64,000 bases of DNA from Chiloscyllium plagiosum (lineage: Eukaryota): the NCBI RefSeq assembly GCF_004010195.1, contig NC_057719.1:53317445-53381444 (forward strand), in the 5' to 3' direction. How positions within the stretch are numbered: the first letter of the stretch is position 1; each line of letters begins with the position of its first letter. The notes under the pieces were generated by a model that saw only the letters and a program-made list of their open reading frames with translations, made no database searches and was not told the origin of the DNA. Shown here piece after piece: positions 11,201 to 23,220 of this stretch. The position numbers and the translations under genes are program-made.

Positions 11201-11791
11201 CAAGCTTTCACACACACAAACACACACTCTTCTATATGCACTCACACGAACACACTCACATGCATGCCCTTGCTGGCTCGCTCGCTCTCTCTCTCATGCA
11301 CGCACGCACACACACACATAAGTCTACGGGGTGAATTTGTATTTGCAGAATTATATTCGCAGATACATTCTATTTTGTTCAAAAAATGCATAATCTGCAG
11401 GCAGTCAATGCAGGCAATCAATTCATGTAATACTTCGTAAATTCCACTTTGGAAATAGAACCAATCTGACTCACAATTTAATGCATTGTCTGAGCTGAGA
11501 TGCCACCTTTTGTTGTAAAACCTTAAGTTATCTTGAGAATGTGATTTAAAAGAAGTTCTGGGACTTGCAAATTAATGAACCGAAACATACAACCCATTCT
11601 AAGTGATGAAAGACTTAACAATCCAGTTTTGTTCAATATAATACTATATAACACTGCAATCTTTTGCTATAAATTCTATGTCTTATGATCTTATCCTCTA
11701 CAACCAACTGATGAAATTGGGGTGCTCCAAAAGCTAGTGCTTCCAAATAAACCTGTTGGATTATAACCTGGTGTTGTGTGATTTTTAACTT
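7665..11791. mobile_element. Large rearranged PLE with inverted arms: RT and GIY-YIG remnants on minus, partial copy on plus
   Basis: LVTMDVSALYTS (9776-9994 -), RYTNDIFF (decayed YIDD) and YSCDLANVVYLI (GIY-YIG). Ends ~7700-8560 and ~11130-11790 are inverted repeats with (GT/GA)n and (CA/CT)n tracts. Possible TSD tcctgaa(a)gg. Confidence 0.88.
10601..10700 (-). mobile_element. 100-bp PLE tip containing an HHR, nested in its own family
   Basis: TSD ctcataaga at 10592-10600 and 10701-10709. Minus strand reads CAC-CUGAUGA-AGGAGC(GGC)GCUCC-GAAA-UCUA-GUG. Confidence 0.8.
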
Positions 11792-12280
11792 TCCTGAAAG
11801 GTTTATTGCATTATCTGCTTCTTCATAAAATGTGGTGCCCAGAACTGGATGCAATGGTCCAGATGAGGCTGAAATCATATTTTGTTTTACAGTTTATCAC
11901 AGCCTCCTGCATCCTGAACTCTATGTTTTAAATGATAAAGTTTTCGATCCTCTACTTTCTGTTCATCAGACTCCCAACTTGTCCTATAAGTTTCAGTGAT
12001 ATGTGCGCATATTCATCCAGATTATTCTGCTCCTGCACTCCATTTAGAATTACACTCTTTATCCATATTGCAGCTCCCTGTTTTTCTTCATGAAATTAAT
12101 TGCTTCACACTTCTCTAACCTTACCATATCACTTGCCAGCCTATTCCTCTCATATGTTTTTCTCCTTTTTAAAGTTTACAACGACCCTCACAATCCAAAG
12201 GACTTCAAAAGTTTGTGTCATCTGCAAATTTAAAGGTTGTGCCCAGTACACCAAAATCTAGTCATTAATATATAACCATT
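11792..12280 (-). mobile_element. CR1-like LINE fragment (continues at ~7370-7664); host of the PLE
   Basis: Minus strand shows KFADD-like and HCIQFWAPH-like CR1 RT C-terminal motifs. Confidence 0.65.
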
Positions 12281-12699
12281 GCTAAATGGAGACTAGAGGT
12301 TGAAGCCTTCATCAAAACTAGGACACAAGAAACAGACATTAAAAGAAAGATGTTACAGTTTGTGGAAACCATGCGGATTGGTTGGCTGCCATCTTGGAGA
12401 TGCAAGAAGAACAGTTAACTGTCAATCTTAATTCTCAGACCAGGCAGGGAGATTCCGATTGATCAGGTTATTGCTCTGGGAATGGAACAGAGTTTGGATG
12501 TCTCCTCAAACCTTTATTTTGCAAAAAGCATAACGTATGTATGAATTCCTTTTGCTGACATAAAACAGAACCATGAAAGTTTCTGTATATAGGGGAAAAG
12601 TAGGGTCATGATAGGATAGGTCAGTCTCTCCCCACTTATATTAGTTATTCTTCTGATGTTCTACATTGGTTCTAAAGTTCCTAGTTTTCAGGCACCAGC

Positions 12700-13090
12700 T
12701 ACTTCCTGTTCACCATGGATGTGCGATCCCTTTATATGTCCATTCCCCATTAGGATGGACTGAAGGCTGTCCACTTCTTCTTTGAAAAAGAGACCTATAC
12801 ATTCTCCATCCTTCATCACCTTCCTTCACCTGGCTGAGCTCATTCTTACTTTGAATGAATTCTCTTTTAACTCATCTCATTTTCTCCAGGTCAAAGGTGT
12901 GGCTATAGCTTCTTGCATGAATCCCAGCTATGTCCATTTATTTGTGGAAAGCACTAGACTTTGTTCTAGTTCTACTCATGTCCTTTGTTCTAAACCCATT
13001 CTTCAATACATCAGTTACATCTTCAGTGCTGCTTCCTGCTTTTGTCTGGAATTGGAAAAAAAAGTATCAGTTTTGCTTCCAATTGCATTC
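12700..13090 (+). mobile_element. PLE reverse transcriptase fragment
   Basis: FLFTMDVRSLYMSIPH and LAELILTLNEFSFNSSHFLQVKGVA. Confidence 0.8.
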
Positions 13091-13094
13091 TTCT

Positions 13095-14290
13095 AAACTC
13101 CATTGAGTACAGACCCCAAGTCCTCAAGCACTCCTCATATGACAAGTCCTTTATCCCCAGGATAATTCTTTAAACCTCCTCAAGATCCCCTCCAACACCA
13201 GCACATCCCTCCTTAGATACAGGACCTAAAACTGCTCACAATATTCAAAGTGCAGTCCAGAGTCTTATACAGCTTCGGGAGTACATATCAATTCTTGTTT
13301 TCTATCCCTCTTGCAATACATACTAAAATTACATTTGTCTTCCTAACTGCCAAATGAACTTGCATGTTAACCTTAGAAGAATCCTGAACTAAGAATCCTG
13401 AACTAGGACTCCCAGGTCCCTTTATGCTTCAGATTTCTGAAGTCTTTCCCAATTTAAAAAAAAACAGTTTACCCCTCTCTTCCTCCTACGAAACTGCATA
13501 ACCTCATGTTTTCCCACATTTATTCCATCTTCTAATTCTCTGCCCACTGTCCTAATCTCTCCATGTCCTTCTGCAGTCTTCCCACTTCCTCAGCACTACC
13601 CAGCCCTCTCCATATCTGTATTCCATTTTCACACAAGCAACAATACCATCAGTTCCTGTCTCCAAATTGTTAATGTATACGGTGAATAGTTGGGGTCCCA
13701 ATACAGACCCTGCAGAACTCATCTGCTGCTATCCTGAAAAACAAACTGTATCCCCACTCTCTGTCTTCTGCCAAGTGGTCAATCTTCTATCCACCTTGCC
13801 CCTAACGCCAAGGGCTCTTGTCATATTTAGCAACCTCCTATGCAGCACTTTGTCAAAGGCCTTCTTTGTCCAACTTGCTTGCTACCTCCTCAGAGAATTC
13901 CAACAGATTCACCAGGAATTATCTTACCCTTTATGAAGCAGTGGACTTCCAAGTACTCCGGAATCTCATCCTTATCAATGGACTCTAAAATCCCACCAAC
14001 GACAAAGGTCCAACTAGCCAGAATATATTTTCTTGGCTTCTGCCTCCCTTCCTTCTTAAACAGGGTGCTACATTTAGCCATTTTCAAGTTCTTTGGGATG
14101 CTTCCTGACTCCAGTCATTCCTGATAGATCACCACCAATGCCTGTGCAATCTCCTCTGCTGTCTCCTTCACAACTCTGGGCTGTAATTCATCTGGACCAT
14201 GTGATTCATTCATGTTTAGACCTTTCAGCTTCCCCATCACCTTCTCCTTAGTGATGGACATTATATTCACCCCAACCTCCGAACTCTCTT
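13095..14290 (-). mobile_element. CR1 LINE ORF2 fragment
   Basis: TLFKKEGRQKPRKY...VVGGILESI (13890-14087 -), AFDKV motif and CR1 3' motifs. Confidence 0.8.
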
Positions 14291-14364
14291 GAAGCTTCGG
14301 TCTGTAGCTGGTTTGTCATGGTATGAGTGCGGGGCTAGAATCAAAGAAGATTGGAATTAAATTA

Positions 14365-14683
14365 TTAGATTAGATTACTTACAGTGTGGAAACAGGTCCT
14401 TCGGCCCAACAAGTCCATACCGACCTGCCGAAGCGCAACTCACCCAGTTGCCCATTCCCTTACATTTACCGTTTCACCTAACACTACGGGCAATTTAGCA
14501 TGGCCAGTTCACCTACCTGCACATTTTTGGATTGTGGGAGGAAACCGGAGCACCCAGAGGAAACCCTCGCAGACACGGGAAGAATGTGCAAACTCCACAC
14601 AGAGAGTCGCCTGAGGCGGGAATTGAACCCGGGTCTCTGGTGCTGTGAGGCAGCAGTGCTAACCACTATGCCACTGTGCCGCC
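14365..14683 (-). mobile_element. HE1/V-SINE-type tRNA-derived SINE
   Basis: A box TGGCATAGTGG, B box GGTTCAATTCC, V-domain-like core, CR1-like tail ending (TCTAA)n. Confidence 0.85.
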
Positions 14684-15399
14684 CATAAACATAGACATTA
14701 GTTAGATTATCTTGTGGTTTAACTTTGTTCTGTTAAAGCTATGGTTTTTTATAATAACTTATTACATCGTTTGCTTAACGTGTAAACCTGGTGTCTCCTA
14801 TTGGTTATTGTCAAAGTCTGGTACTGGTTATTCAAAAAGTCTGGTCAGGAAACATTGGGGTCAATTTTGAGGGCCAATGAGTATTTTAATTTTACTGAGT
14901 TGCGAATACAGGGATAGGGAGGTTAATTTGCTTTGGCTATATGTCTTATCAAAAATATTGCGCAAATAATAGTTTTTGTTGCTATTAACACGTTAAATGA
15001 AGACAACACATTCGAATGATATTAAGAAACTGAAAAGTGAGCAAGAGTAATGACAGAGCAATGATATTCTAATGGCAGCAGTGAATAGTATCTACACAGA
15101 CACTGTAATAGTCACAGGATGATGTAGTGAAGTCACAGAATTGCTGTCTGAAATGGGGTAAAATATTAAAGTAATGTAACATAATCATTGCTTGAGCACA
15201 TATTTTCAAATTGCCCAATAATCAACCCTTGTCACCAACTAATGATATGCTAGATTTACTTCATTTCTGACTTCCTCTAAGCTACCAAACTTCTGATACA
15301 AAGGTTTACATTATTTCCATGAAAACTGATGACTTACAATAGAGAGCTATATAACTCAATGTCGAATTACAAGTTAGATTGCTCCAATCAAGACTTACA

Positions 15400-15540
15400 A
15401 ATTAAAACCAAAAGAACTGTGGGTACTGTAAATCAAGAACAAAAACTGAAATTTGTGGAAAAGCTCGGCAGGTCTGGCAGCATTTGTGGAGAGAAATCAG
15501 AGTTAACGTTTTGGGTCGAGTGACGCTTCCTCAGAACCCT
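15400..15540 (-). mobile_element. Second-family PLE pLTR fragment with a decayed HHR
   Basis: Minus strand GGGUU-CUGAGGA...GACCC-AAAA-CGUU-AACUC, with complementary helix I strands. Confidence 0.65.
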
Positions 15541-15669
15541 GATTTACAAATACCTGACAAGTAACTGGAGAGATAAGTAATCTTTTACATTTAAACATTT
15601 TGCAACTTTATTAAGGGAGAGACATGGTATGAAAGCATGTATGTGCCTCATGAGTCTGCTGTAGATCGT

Positions 15670-16518
15670 TCAAGATTAGTGTGGTGCTGGAAAAGGACAG
15701 CAGGTCAGGCAGCATCTGAGGAACTGGAAAACCGGCGTTTCGGGCAAAAGCCCATCATCAGGAATGAAGCCGGGAGCCGAGGGGGTAGAGAGATAATTGG
15801 GATGGGGGAGGGGCTTGGGGGGAGGTAACTGAGAGTACAAAATGTGGATGGAGGTGAGATGAAGGTGATAGGTCGGAGGGGACGGTGGAGCAGATAGATC
15901 AGAAGGAAGATTGACAGGTGGGACAGGTCGTGAAGATGGTGCTGAGCTGAAGGTTGGAACTGGGGTAAGGTGGGGGGAGGGAAACGAGGAAACTGGTTAA
16001 ATCCACTTTGGTGCCATGGGGTTAAAGGACCCTAAGGCAGAAGATAAGGTGTTCTTCCTCCAGGCATCAGGTGGTAAGGGAGTGGTGATGGAGGAGGCCC
16101 AGGACCTGCATGTCTTCGGCAGAGTGGGAGGGGAAGTTGAAATGCTCGGCCATGGGGCAGTGGGGTTGGTTAGTGCGGGTGTCCCAGAAATGTTCTCTGA
16201 AGCACTCTGCAAGTAGGCATCCTGATGCCCAATAAAGAGGAGACCACATTGGGAGCAATGGATACAGTAAAGGACATGTGTGGAAGTGCAAGTGAAACTC
16301 TGATGGATGTGGAAGGCTCCTTTGGGCCATGGGGGTGAGGGAGAGGTGTGGGTGCAGGTTTTGCAATTCCTGCGATAGCAGGGGAAGGTGCCAGGAGGCA
16401 AGGGTGGGTTGTTAGGGGACGTGGACCTGACCAGGTAGTCATGGAGGGAACGGAAATTGTGTGGGGATGGAAAGGGAAATATTTCTCTGGTGATGTGGTC
16501 CATTTGTAGGTGGGGAAA
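15670..16518 (-). mobile_element. PLE 3' part: GIY-YIG endonuclease remnant plus pLTR
   Basis: FTCTSTHVLYCIHCSQCGLLFIG in ORF 15997-16503; HHR motif at ~15730-15765 (-). Confidence 0.88.
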
Positions 16519-16719
16519 TGTCAGATCTATTCAACCACGTCCAGGTAGTCTATCATTATTTTGTTTTTGTCATTGACCAGACATTCATCAGAATTATAAT
16601 TTGCATTCTCTCAAGAAATAAACAAATTAGAAAGCTCATCAAAGTAGCAGGTTATACACATAATGATGTTTTTGAAGCAAAAGACTTCCTGCAAAAAAAT
16701 CCACTGCATCAATGTATTT

Positions 16720-17520
16720 AGTACCATCCTTTGTATTATTGTTTTCTAATAACTTTCCTGTTGTTTTTTATATCTCAGCATGGTTTGAATGCTTGAGTGA
16801 TGACTTCTGTTCTCCCAAACACCACAAGGGAATCAACACTGAATTAGATTCGAGACACAGATATTCTTTATTTATGTCCTGAGAGCAGTAGGAAAAAAAT
16901 TTATTATACTTTATGTTATATTACACTATAAATTGCACAAGCAAGTGATCTTTGGAGGTTTTGAGGATATAGTATGAATCTTTACATAGTGTGTGCCAGT
17001 GGTAGCCCATTCAAAAATAATTTAATGAAAAATCAGTGACCCAGCCCCTCATGTTATTTGACCAAAAAACATATGTATAATAACCATAACTTTCCATTGT
17101 ATACAAGGAAAAGCGCAGCAGGTCAGGCAGCATCCAGGGAACAGGAGAATCAACGTTTCGGGCATAAGCCCTTCTTCAGGGCTTATGCCTGAAGAAGGGC
17201 TTATGCCCGAAACGTCGATTCTCCTGTTCCCTGGATGCTGCCTGACCTGCTGCGCTTTTCCAGCAACACATTTCCAGCTTTGATCTCCAGCATCTGCAGA
17301 CCTCACTTTCTCCCCATTGTATACAAGGCCCCAGCAATGACAAAGGGACACTGACAGTGACACATTTTTTACAGCTGATTGTTCAAAAGCTGACATTTTT
17401 CCTTCCACTCCACTCCAAGTAAATCGTAACAGTATAATGTAGATTTAAAGCAAAAAAGAACAATACCCTCATGTAAATCATATGTAAACCCTATTATTTT
17501 AGATTTGAATTAAGACGCTC
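16720..17520 (-). pseudogene. Two decayed LamG-like exon relics (~16986-17520, interrupted by a PLE; ~16720-16878)
   Basis: IIGFTYDLHEGIVLFCFKSTLYCYDLLGVE/GKM...YNGKLW...IKLFLNG; acceptor at 16879; FGRTEVITQ. Confidence 0.5.
17109..17313. mobile_element. Fold-back mini-PLE, palindromic at the HHR
   Basis: 15-bp TSD ccattgtatacaagg at 17094-17108 and 17314-17328; inverted arms meet at ~17180. Confidence 0.9.
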
Positions 17521-17684
17521 AGAAATGAAATATCTGTGTTATTCTACTTTGGTTTAAAAATAACATAATTTATCATAGACCTACCAGCCCAAAGTCACTG
17601 GATGGAATCTTATCCCTCAGTCTCTTTTGGAACAGCGGAACCATTTTTGGTACTGGAAATCTGACTGTCTTCACCCTCTACTAG

Positions 17685-18812
17685 AATCTTTTCAGGACAA
17701 TTTGCTCAGGGATTTGGAAATAGCCTTTAGGCAACTGAGTCAGGAAAGCCCTGGGAAATGATATCAGGTTGGAATCCTAATTGATCTGACAATGATATCT
17801 AGCTGTAAAAGTGTAAGAGTCGAAAACAGGGTCTAGAGGCAGAAGATCACTTCTCTGGACATATCAGAGTGTGTCAAAAGATCAGGCTCTTATAGTAGAA
17901 TCAATTAGGAGAAAGTGAGGACTGCAGATGCTGAAGATTAGAGCCGAGAGTGTGGTGCTGGAAAAGCGCAGCAGGTCAGACAGTAGCCGAAGAGTGGGAC
18001 AATCGACGTTTCGGGCAAAAGGCTGCTCCTTGGTTTCTCACTCTAATCTGGAAGGTCTGCAGGGAGTATAAGACTGAATAGTGGGGAGCTGTCCCAAGGT
18101 CTGGATGGAAGAAATGGTCAAGTGGTGTGTTTTTTCCAACTTGGAGACAGAACATAAAGAGGATCGCAGACCTCAGGAAGGCATGGCAGGTAACGATAGA
18201 ACATTTCCAACACTGGTATTCTTCTGCACAGCACAGGACAACACATGTTGCAATTCCATTCATTTTGCTCTAAGAACGTCATCTTCCCATTTAAGCAGCA
18301 AATGTTCACACTCCCCCTCAGCCCGTTGATCTCATATTTCCTTAATGGACAATGGCTTTCCGCAAATGATGACCTTCTCTCCTCTTCTCATTCTGCACAT
18401 TTACAACTTTCTGCTTTTGCTTTTTTTTGGGGGAGTAAAGAATATACCACTTGGTGAGAGACAGAAAGTCCAGCAGGGAAGGAATGGGTTACCCTCAAAT
18501 GATAAGCACCATGTTGGTCATTGCCAATCTATGCTTACCTGCTCCATTGGGAAAAAAAAAGTCTTATTCCAGGAGTCGAGAAATATCAATAATGATTTAC
18601 AATAAAGGCTTAATCTTCCTGAAGCATTCGGATATGTCCAGAGAAGAGATCTTCTCTTTATAGATCCTGTCTTCAACTCTCACATTTTTACAGCTAGATC
18701 TCAACATCAGGTCAAATTGGGATTCCAACCTGATGTCATTTCCCAGGACTTTCCCGGCTCAGTTGCCTCAAATCTATTTCCAAATCCCTGAGCAAATTGT
18801 TCTAAAAATATG
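17685..18812. mobile_element. MITE-like non-autonomous DNA element with long terminal inverted repeats; PLE fragment at 17908-18060 inside
   Basis: ~17690-17907 is the diverged reverse complement of ~18590-18805. Confidence 0.75.
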
Positions 18813-18986
18813 ACTATGGCTACATCACCATTAACAAGTTACACTGAGCTGAAGTTTACCAGCCCTTTGTGATAGATTGGAAGATGACAAAGCTGGCAAA
18901 TGGCAAAGGGAAGTGCCCACTATCGACTTATCATTATACCAGCAACAAGAAATTGGCATGCAGTTCCCAATCGACTCATTGTGTGA

Positions 18987-19520
18987 TGTAATGATTGTAA
19001 GGAGGTCAGCCATTTTGTAATTGAATAGTGTTAAGCCAATCTAGTTGAACCTTTCTCAACCAATTTTGCACCAGCAAGCTTGGGTGCAAGCCTTATACAG
19101 TCAGTGGTAACTGAACCAGCTGCCTCTCATAAGAGACTGGAACTGAAATTGTTCCCTCAAGCTGTAAAGGTTCTCCACTGTAGGATCTTAGTTATTGTAG
19201 ACACCCATTCTGGATGTGCACAGTTCATTTGTCAAACACGGGGATGATGATAGAATATTTGCGCACATCATTTGCAATACACAGGCTCCCAAACATATTG
19301 GTCACAGATAACATGCCATCATTTGTCAGCAGGGAAGTGAGAGAGACAGCTAACTTCAGGGGATGAAGTTTGATGCAGGAACCACAGGAATTGTCCTGAA
19401 TGAGTAAAAGGCATGGCCAATGCAAGGCCAGATCCAATGACGTATAAAGCTCAGATAGGTGTGATGGTCCTGAGCAAGCATGTGGACTATACAAAACTCC
19501 TGCAAATTCACAAATGGTGC
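18987..19520. mobile_element. Rearranged Gypsy remnant: LTR tip, inverted protease, integrase pieces
   Basis: Minus 19015-19215 reads LRSYSGEPLQLEGTISVPVSY...WLRKVQLDW. Plus 19230-19495 reads HRLPNILVTDNMPSFVSRE and MTYKAQIG...KHVD. 18987-19012 resembles the start of the LTR at 22985. Confidence 0.8.
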
Positions 19521-22500
19521 AGGAGCAAAACAAGCCCAGTTCCTCAACTGCCTTTCAAATGTTCCAGAACCCATGGGTTCTCCCTCGCTGTCAAGCATTG
19601 AAGATACCTTTGAATCGAGATGGACACGGCAGATGTCATTGGCTCAATGCCTTTGTACTCTGAAGAAGAGAATGAATCTTTTCCGAGATGCTCCCGGCAC
19701 AAATAGTAAGCTGCTGTATGCTGCCCATACCAGAGGCAGTTTTGGAGGACCCTGACCTGACACTAAAACAAATAAAAGACAGTGCATCACCTTTGCTAAA
19801 CTCTGAGGCACAACAATCACCTCTGCTGCTATTTTGCCCACAGTGTGAGGTGTGTAGTGAGCCACCTCCACAGGATAAAACTGCTAGGTGAGTCTGACAA
19901 TCTATTAGTGGGTTCTGTCGTGCAAGCTTGGAAAAGGCCGTGCTTTCTTGGCTTTATTTGTTCCTCCTAAGATGTCTGCGGTGGTAATGCCACACTTGTG
20001 GCAACAATGCTGCCTACACCTGAGAGATCTTCCCCAGGTGGCACAGTTTAGCCAACTAATGTACCAGCCATCTCACACGGACAGCTCTTAATAAGAGAGC
20101 AGCCCATTAATTGGCTGCCAGCAGAGAAATATACATCTGAGAGCCATAATGTCCCAAATGGGGCTGTACCATTGGCCCAGTGGTGTGACTACTGCAACGA
20201 ACATAAGGTTTACCCAGTGAATGTATAGTATAGCAACACGTCATTCAGACTAACTAGAACATGCTGGTTTTTATGTCTCACATAAATCTCCACTCATTCA
20301 TCTTCATTTAACTTCCTGATCTGCATTCTAATAACTTTTGTCTCATGCATTTATCTAGCATGCATTAAAAGTTCCCATGCTATTTGTCTCAACTACTCTT
20401 TGTGGCAGTTCCAGCAATGCTTTGTGGTAAGATGTTTCTTCTTATTTCTCCATCAGACATTAGCAACTGTCTTATATTTATGATCCTGAGTTTCTGAATC
20501 CCCTACAAGTGAAAACATCTTCTCTCTGTCTACCTGATCAGATCGTCCATCAGCCTTCTCTTTCTAAAAAAAAATTACTCAGTCATTCAGTCACTCTTGA
20601 TAGTAAAAAAACATTTCAGTTCTGCTATCACCTTGATAGATCTTTCATCAATTCTCTCTATTACTCTACATATCACTGTCAAGCAGTTGGCTACAGTGCA
20701 GATGTCACAGTCTGCTGTTCAAACAGGAAGGATTTGAGAGAATTTAAATCAGCATATTTTTCGATAGAAATTTTTCTATCATGTAATTTAAGATAGTGGT
20801 AGTAATTTTGAAATGGGCTTCCAGGTCCTTGAAATAGATGCTGATTCTGTAACTGTAAAGTGTGTGCAAGTACATATACATAGACTTTTATATCATCTGA
20901 TGCCTCTTTATCATTTCACCTTTCTATTCAATGAACTGGTCCACCAGAAATGCAAGTCTGTGAGAAATCCAACTGATAAAAGCAGATGGAACAGTTATTC
21001 TGCTTTGTTTGCTTTTACCCTTTCAGGATATATGGACATCATCCCCACTCCCCCACCCCAATCCCAACAAAAAAACTGAAAGGTTTGAATATCTAGTTAG
21101 GTCATTGTAAAACAAGTATGGAATTCAAGTGGATTAAAATGAAGAATTAATTCTAAAAAAAATACTTCCCCTCCTTTATTCAAAGTTATTTCATTGTTAT
21201 AGGTGAATCTAATTGTGGTCTTAGTTGCAGAACAAGTTTGAAATATGAGCAGGAGAAGGCCATTTGGCCCATCAAGCTTGCTTGCCGTCCAATAATTTTA
21301 TAGCTGCTCTGATTGTGGCCTTAACTCCACTTCACTGCCAATCCCTAAATAGCCCATGACTCCATTAGTAATCACATTTTCTCAAAGCCAAAAAGTTGAC
21401 CATAATATTTTGTTTCAGGATATGAAGCATAAAGTAAATCTAAATTACAAAATATCATTTTTCCATATTTCTTAGACAGTCCTAATAGCAACCCATGTGC
21501 AGTCAATTCTGCCCTATTCCTGTGGGAATTAAGTGATGACACCAAAGCCAAGTGTTCAGTATAGTTGAGAATCTACAGATTTTTAAAAATCCTGCTGAAC
21601 AAGGCAGAGGTCGGATTTTGTAGGCTCCTTTGTAGTGGAGCCTGGGAAATGTCACACATGACCCATAGAGTCCTGAAATGAACATCTGTAATAGAGGTTT
21701 AGAACTACAGTTAGCTTGTGAGACTGGCATGGGATTTTCTCCAATAGCCAAGAGCTGCAGGTCATGTTGTAGGAGCATGTCCATGCAGACAGTGATGACC
21801 TCCCATCAAAGTGTTAGCCATCTCTGACAGAGCCTTCCAGTCATCTATAGGTAGTTGTTGGGCATACTGTACACACGCTGATGTATCAATTCTCTTCAGC
21901 AACAAATATGGCTTGTGCGTGTCTCTCTCTCCTAACCTCTTTCTATCTCATAAAGCTGAAACCAGTAAAAATTGGGAATGAAAGGAAAGCATGCCTAATA
22001 ATTTATTAGAATTATGTGAGGAACTAACAAACAGAAGAGCTAAAGGGGAACTGGTAGACATAATATTTTTGCACTTCCAAAAGACATTTGACAATGTACC
22101 GCATATAATGCTTCTTACTAATATAACAGCCAATGGTGTTGGGTGGCATACATTAGCATAGATAAAGGATTGGCTCACTTACAGAGGACAGAGAGTTGGT
22201 ATAAAATAATCATTTTCAGGATGGCAACCTGTAACTAGTGGAGTGCTACAGGAATCAATGCTGGGGACATAATTATTTGCAACATATTTTAATGACTTGC
22301 TTGAGGGAAGTGGATGCACTATCACTAAGTTTGCAGATGACTCAAAAATAGATGGGAAGGCAAATGATGGCAATGACACAGGGAGCCTGCAGAAGAACAT
22401 GGACAAATTAAGTTGGCAAATTGAATGTAACATGGGTAAATGTGAACTTCTGCACTTTAGCGGGAACAATAAAGGAGCTGAACATTATTTACATGGAGAA

Positions 22501-22682
22501 AGATTTCAACAAACTATGACACAGAGGGTTCAGGTGTCCTCATGTACAAATCAGAAAACACTAGCGTACAAGTTCAGCGATAACAGGAAAGGACAATGAA
22601 ATATCAGTCTTAGGTTCAAAGGGAATGGAGTACAAAAATAAGAAAGGCTTGCTGAAACTATACACAGCATAAATTGGGCTGC

Positions 22683-22905
22683 TGAAAATGTGTTGCTGGA
22701 AAAGCGCAGCAGGTCAGGCAGCATCCAAGGAGCAGGAGAATCGACCTTTCGGGCATGAGCCCTTCTTCAGGTGCTTCCTGAAGAAGGGCTCATGCCCGAA
22801 ACATCGATTCTCCTGCTCCTTGGATGCTGCCTGACCTACTGCGCTTTTTCAGCAACACATTTTCAGCTCTGATCTCCAGCATCTGCAGTCCTCACTTTCT
22901 CCTAG
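22683..22905. mobile_element. Fold-back mini-PLE
   Basis: 14-bp TSD ataaattgggctgc at 22669-22682 and 22906-22919; arms meet at ~22773 beside the HHR core. Confidence 0.9.
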
Positions 22906-22984
22906 ATAAATTGGGCTGCACCCAGAATAGAGTGAATAGTTATGGTCCCTTATATATAAGGAAAGATATTTTGGAATTGCAGGC

Positions 22985-23220
22985 TGTAGTGATTGTAATG
23001 TGATCAGCCAGGTTGACCTGATAGAATATAAGTTCCCTAACTGGGGCCGTTAATCTGGTCCAATCAGGGAGCCCTGGTTGACAGCTATAAACAGGATCGC
23101 CTGAGGTTCTGTTCACTCTGAGAGCTGGCTCTGAGAAAGCCAGACCAGTGCCAAGTCCTGTGCGCATGTAAATAAATGTTGACTTGGTGACAAGATATCG
23201 GCCTCTTCTGAGTTATTTCA
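22985..23220 (+). mobile_element. Solo LTR, 236 bp, Gypsy-like
   Basis: TG...CA ends; TATAAA at ~23085; AATAAA at 23171; TSD caggc/gaggc; interrupts contiguous CR1 sequence. Confidence 0.85.

Noticed and set aside
14620..14683. tRNA gene (also at 43820, 49735, 58410, 39230, 43130)
   Set aside because: A and B boxes are present, but they are SINE heads followed by SINE bodies, with no complete cloverleaf.
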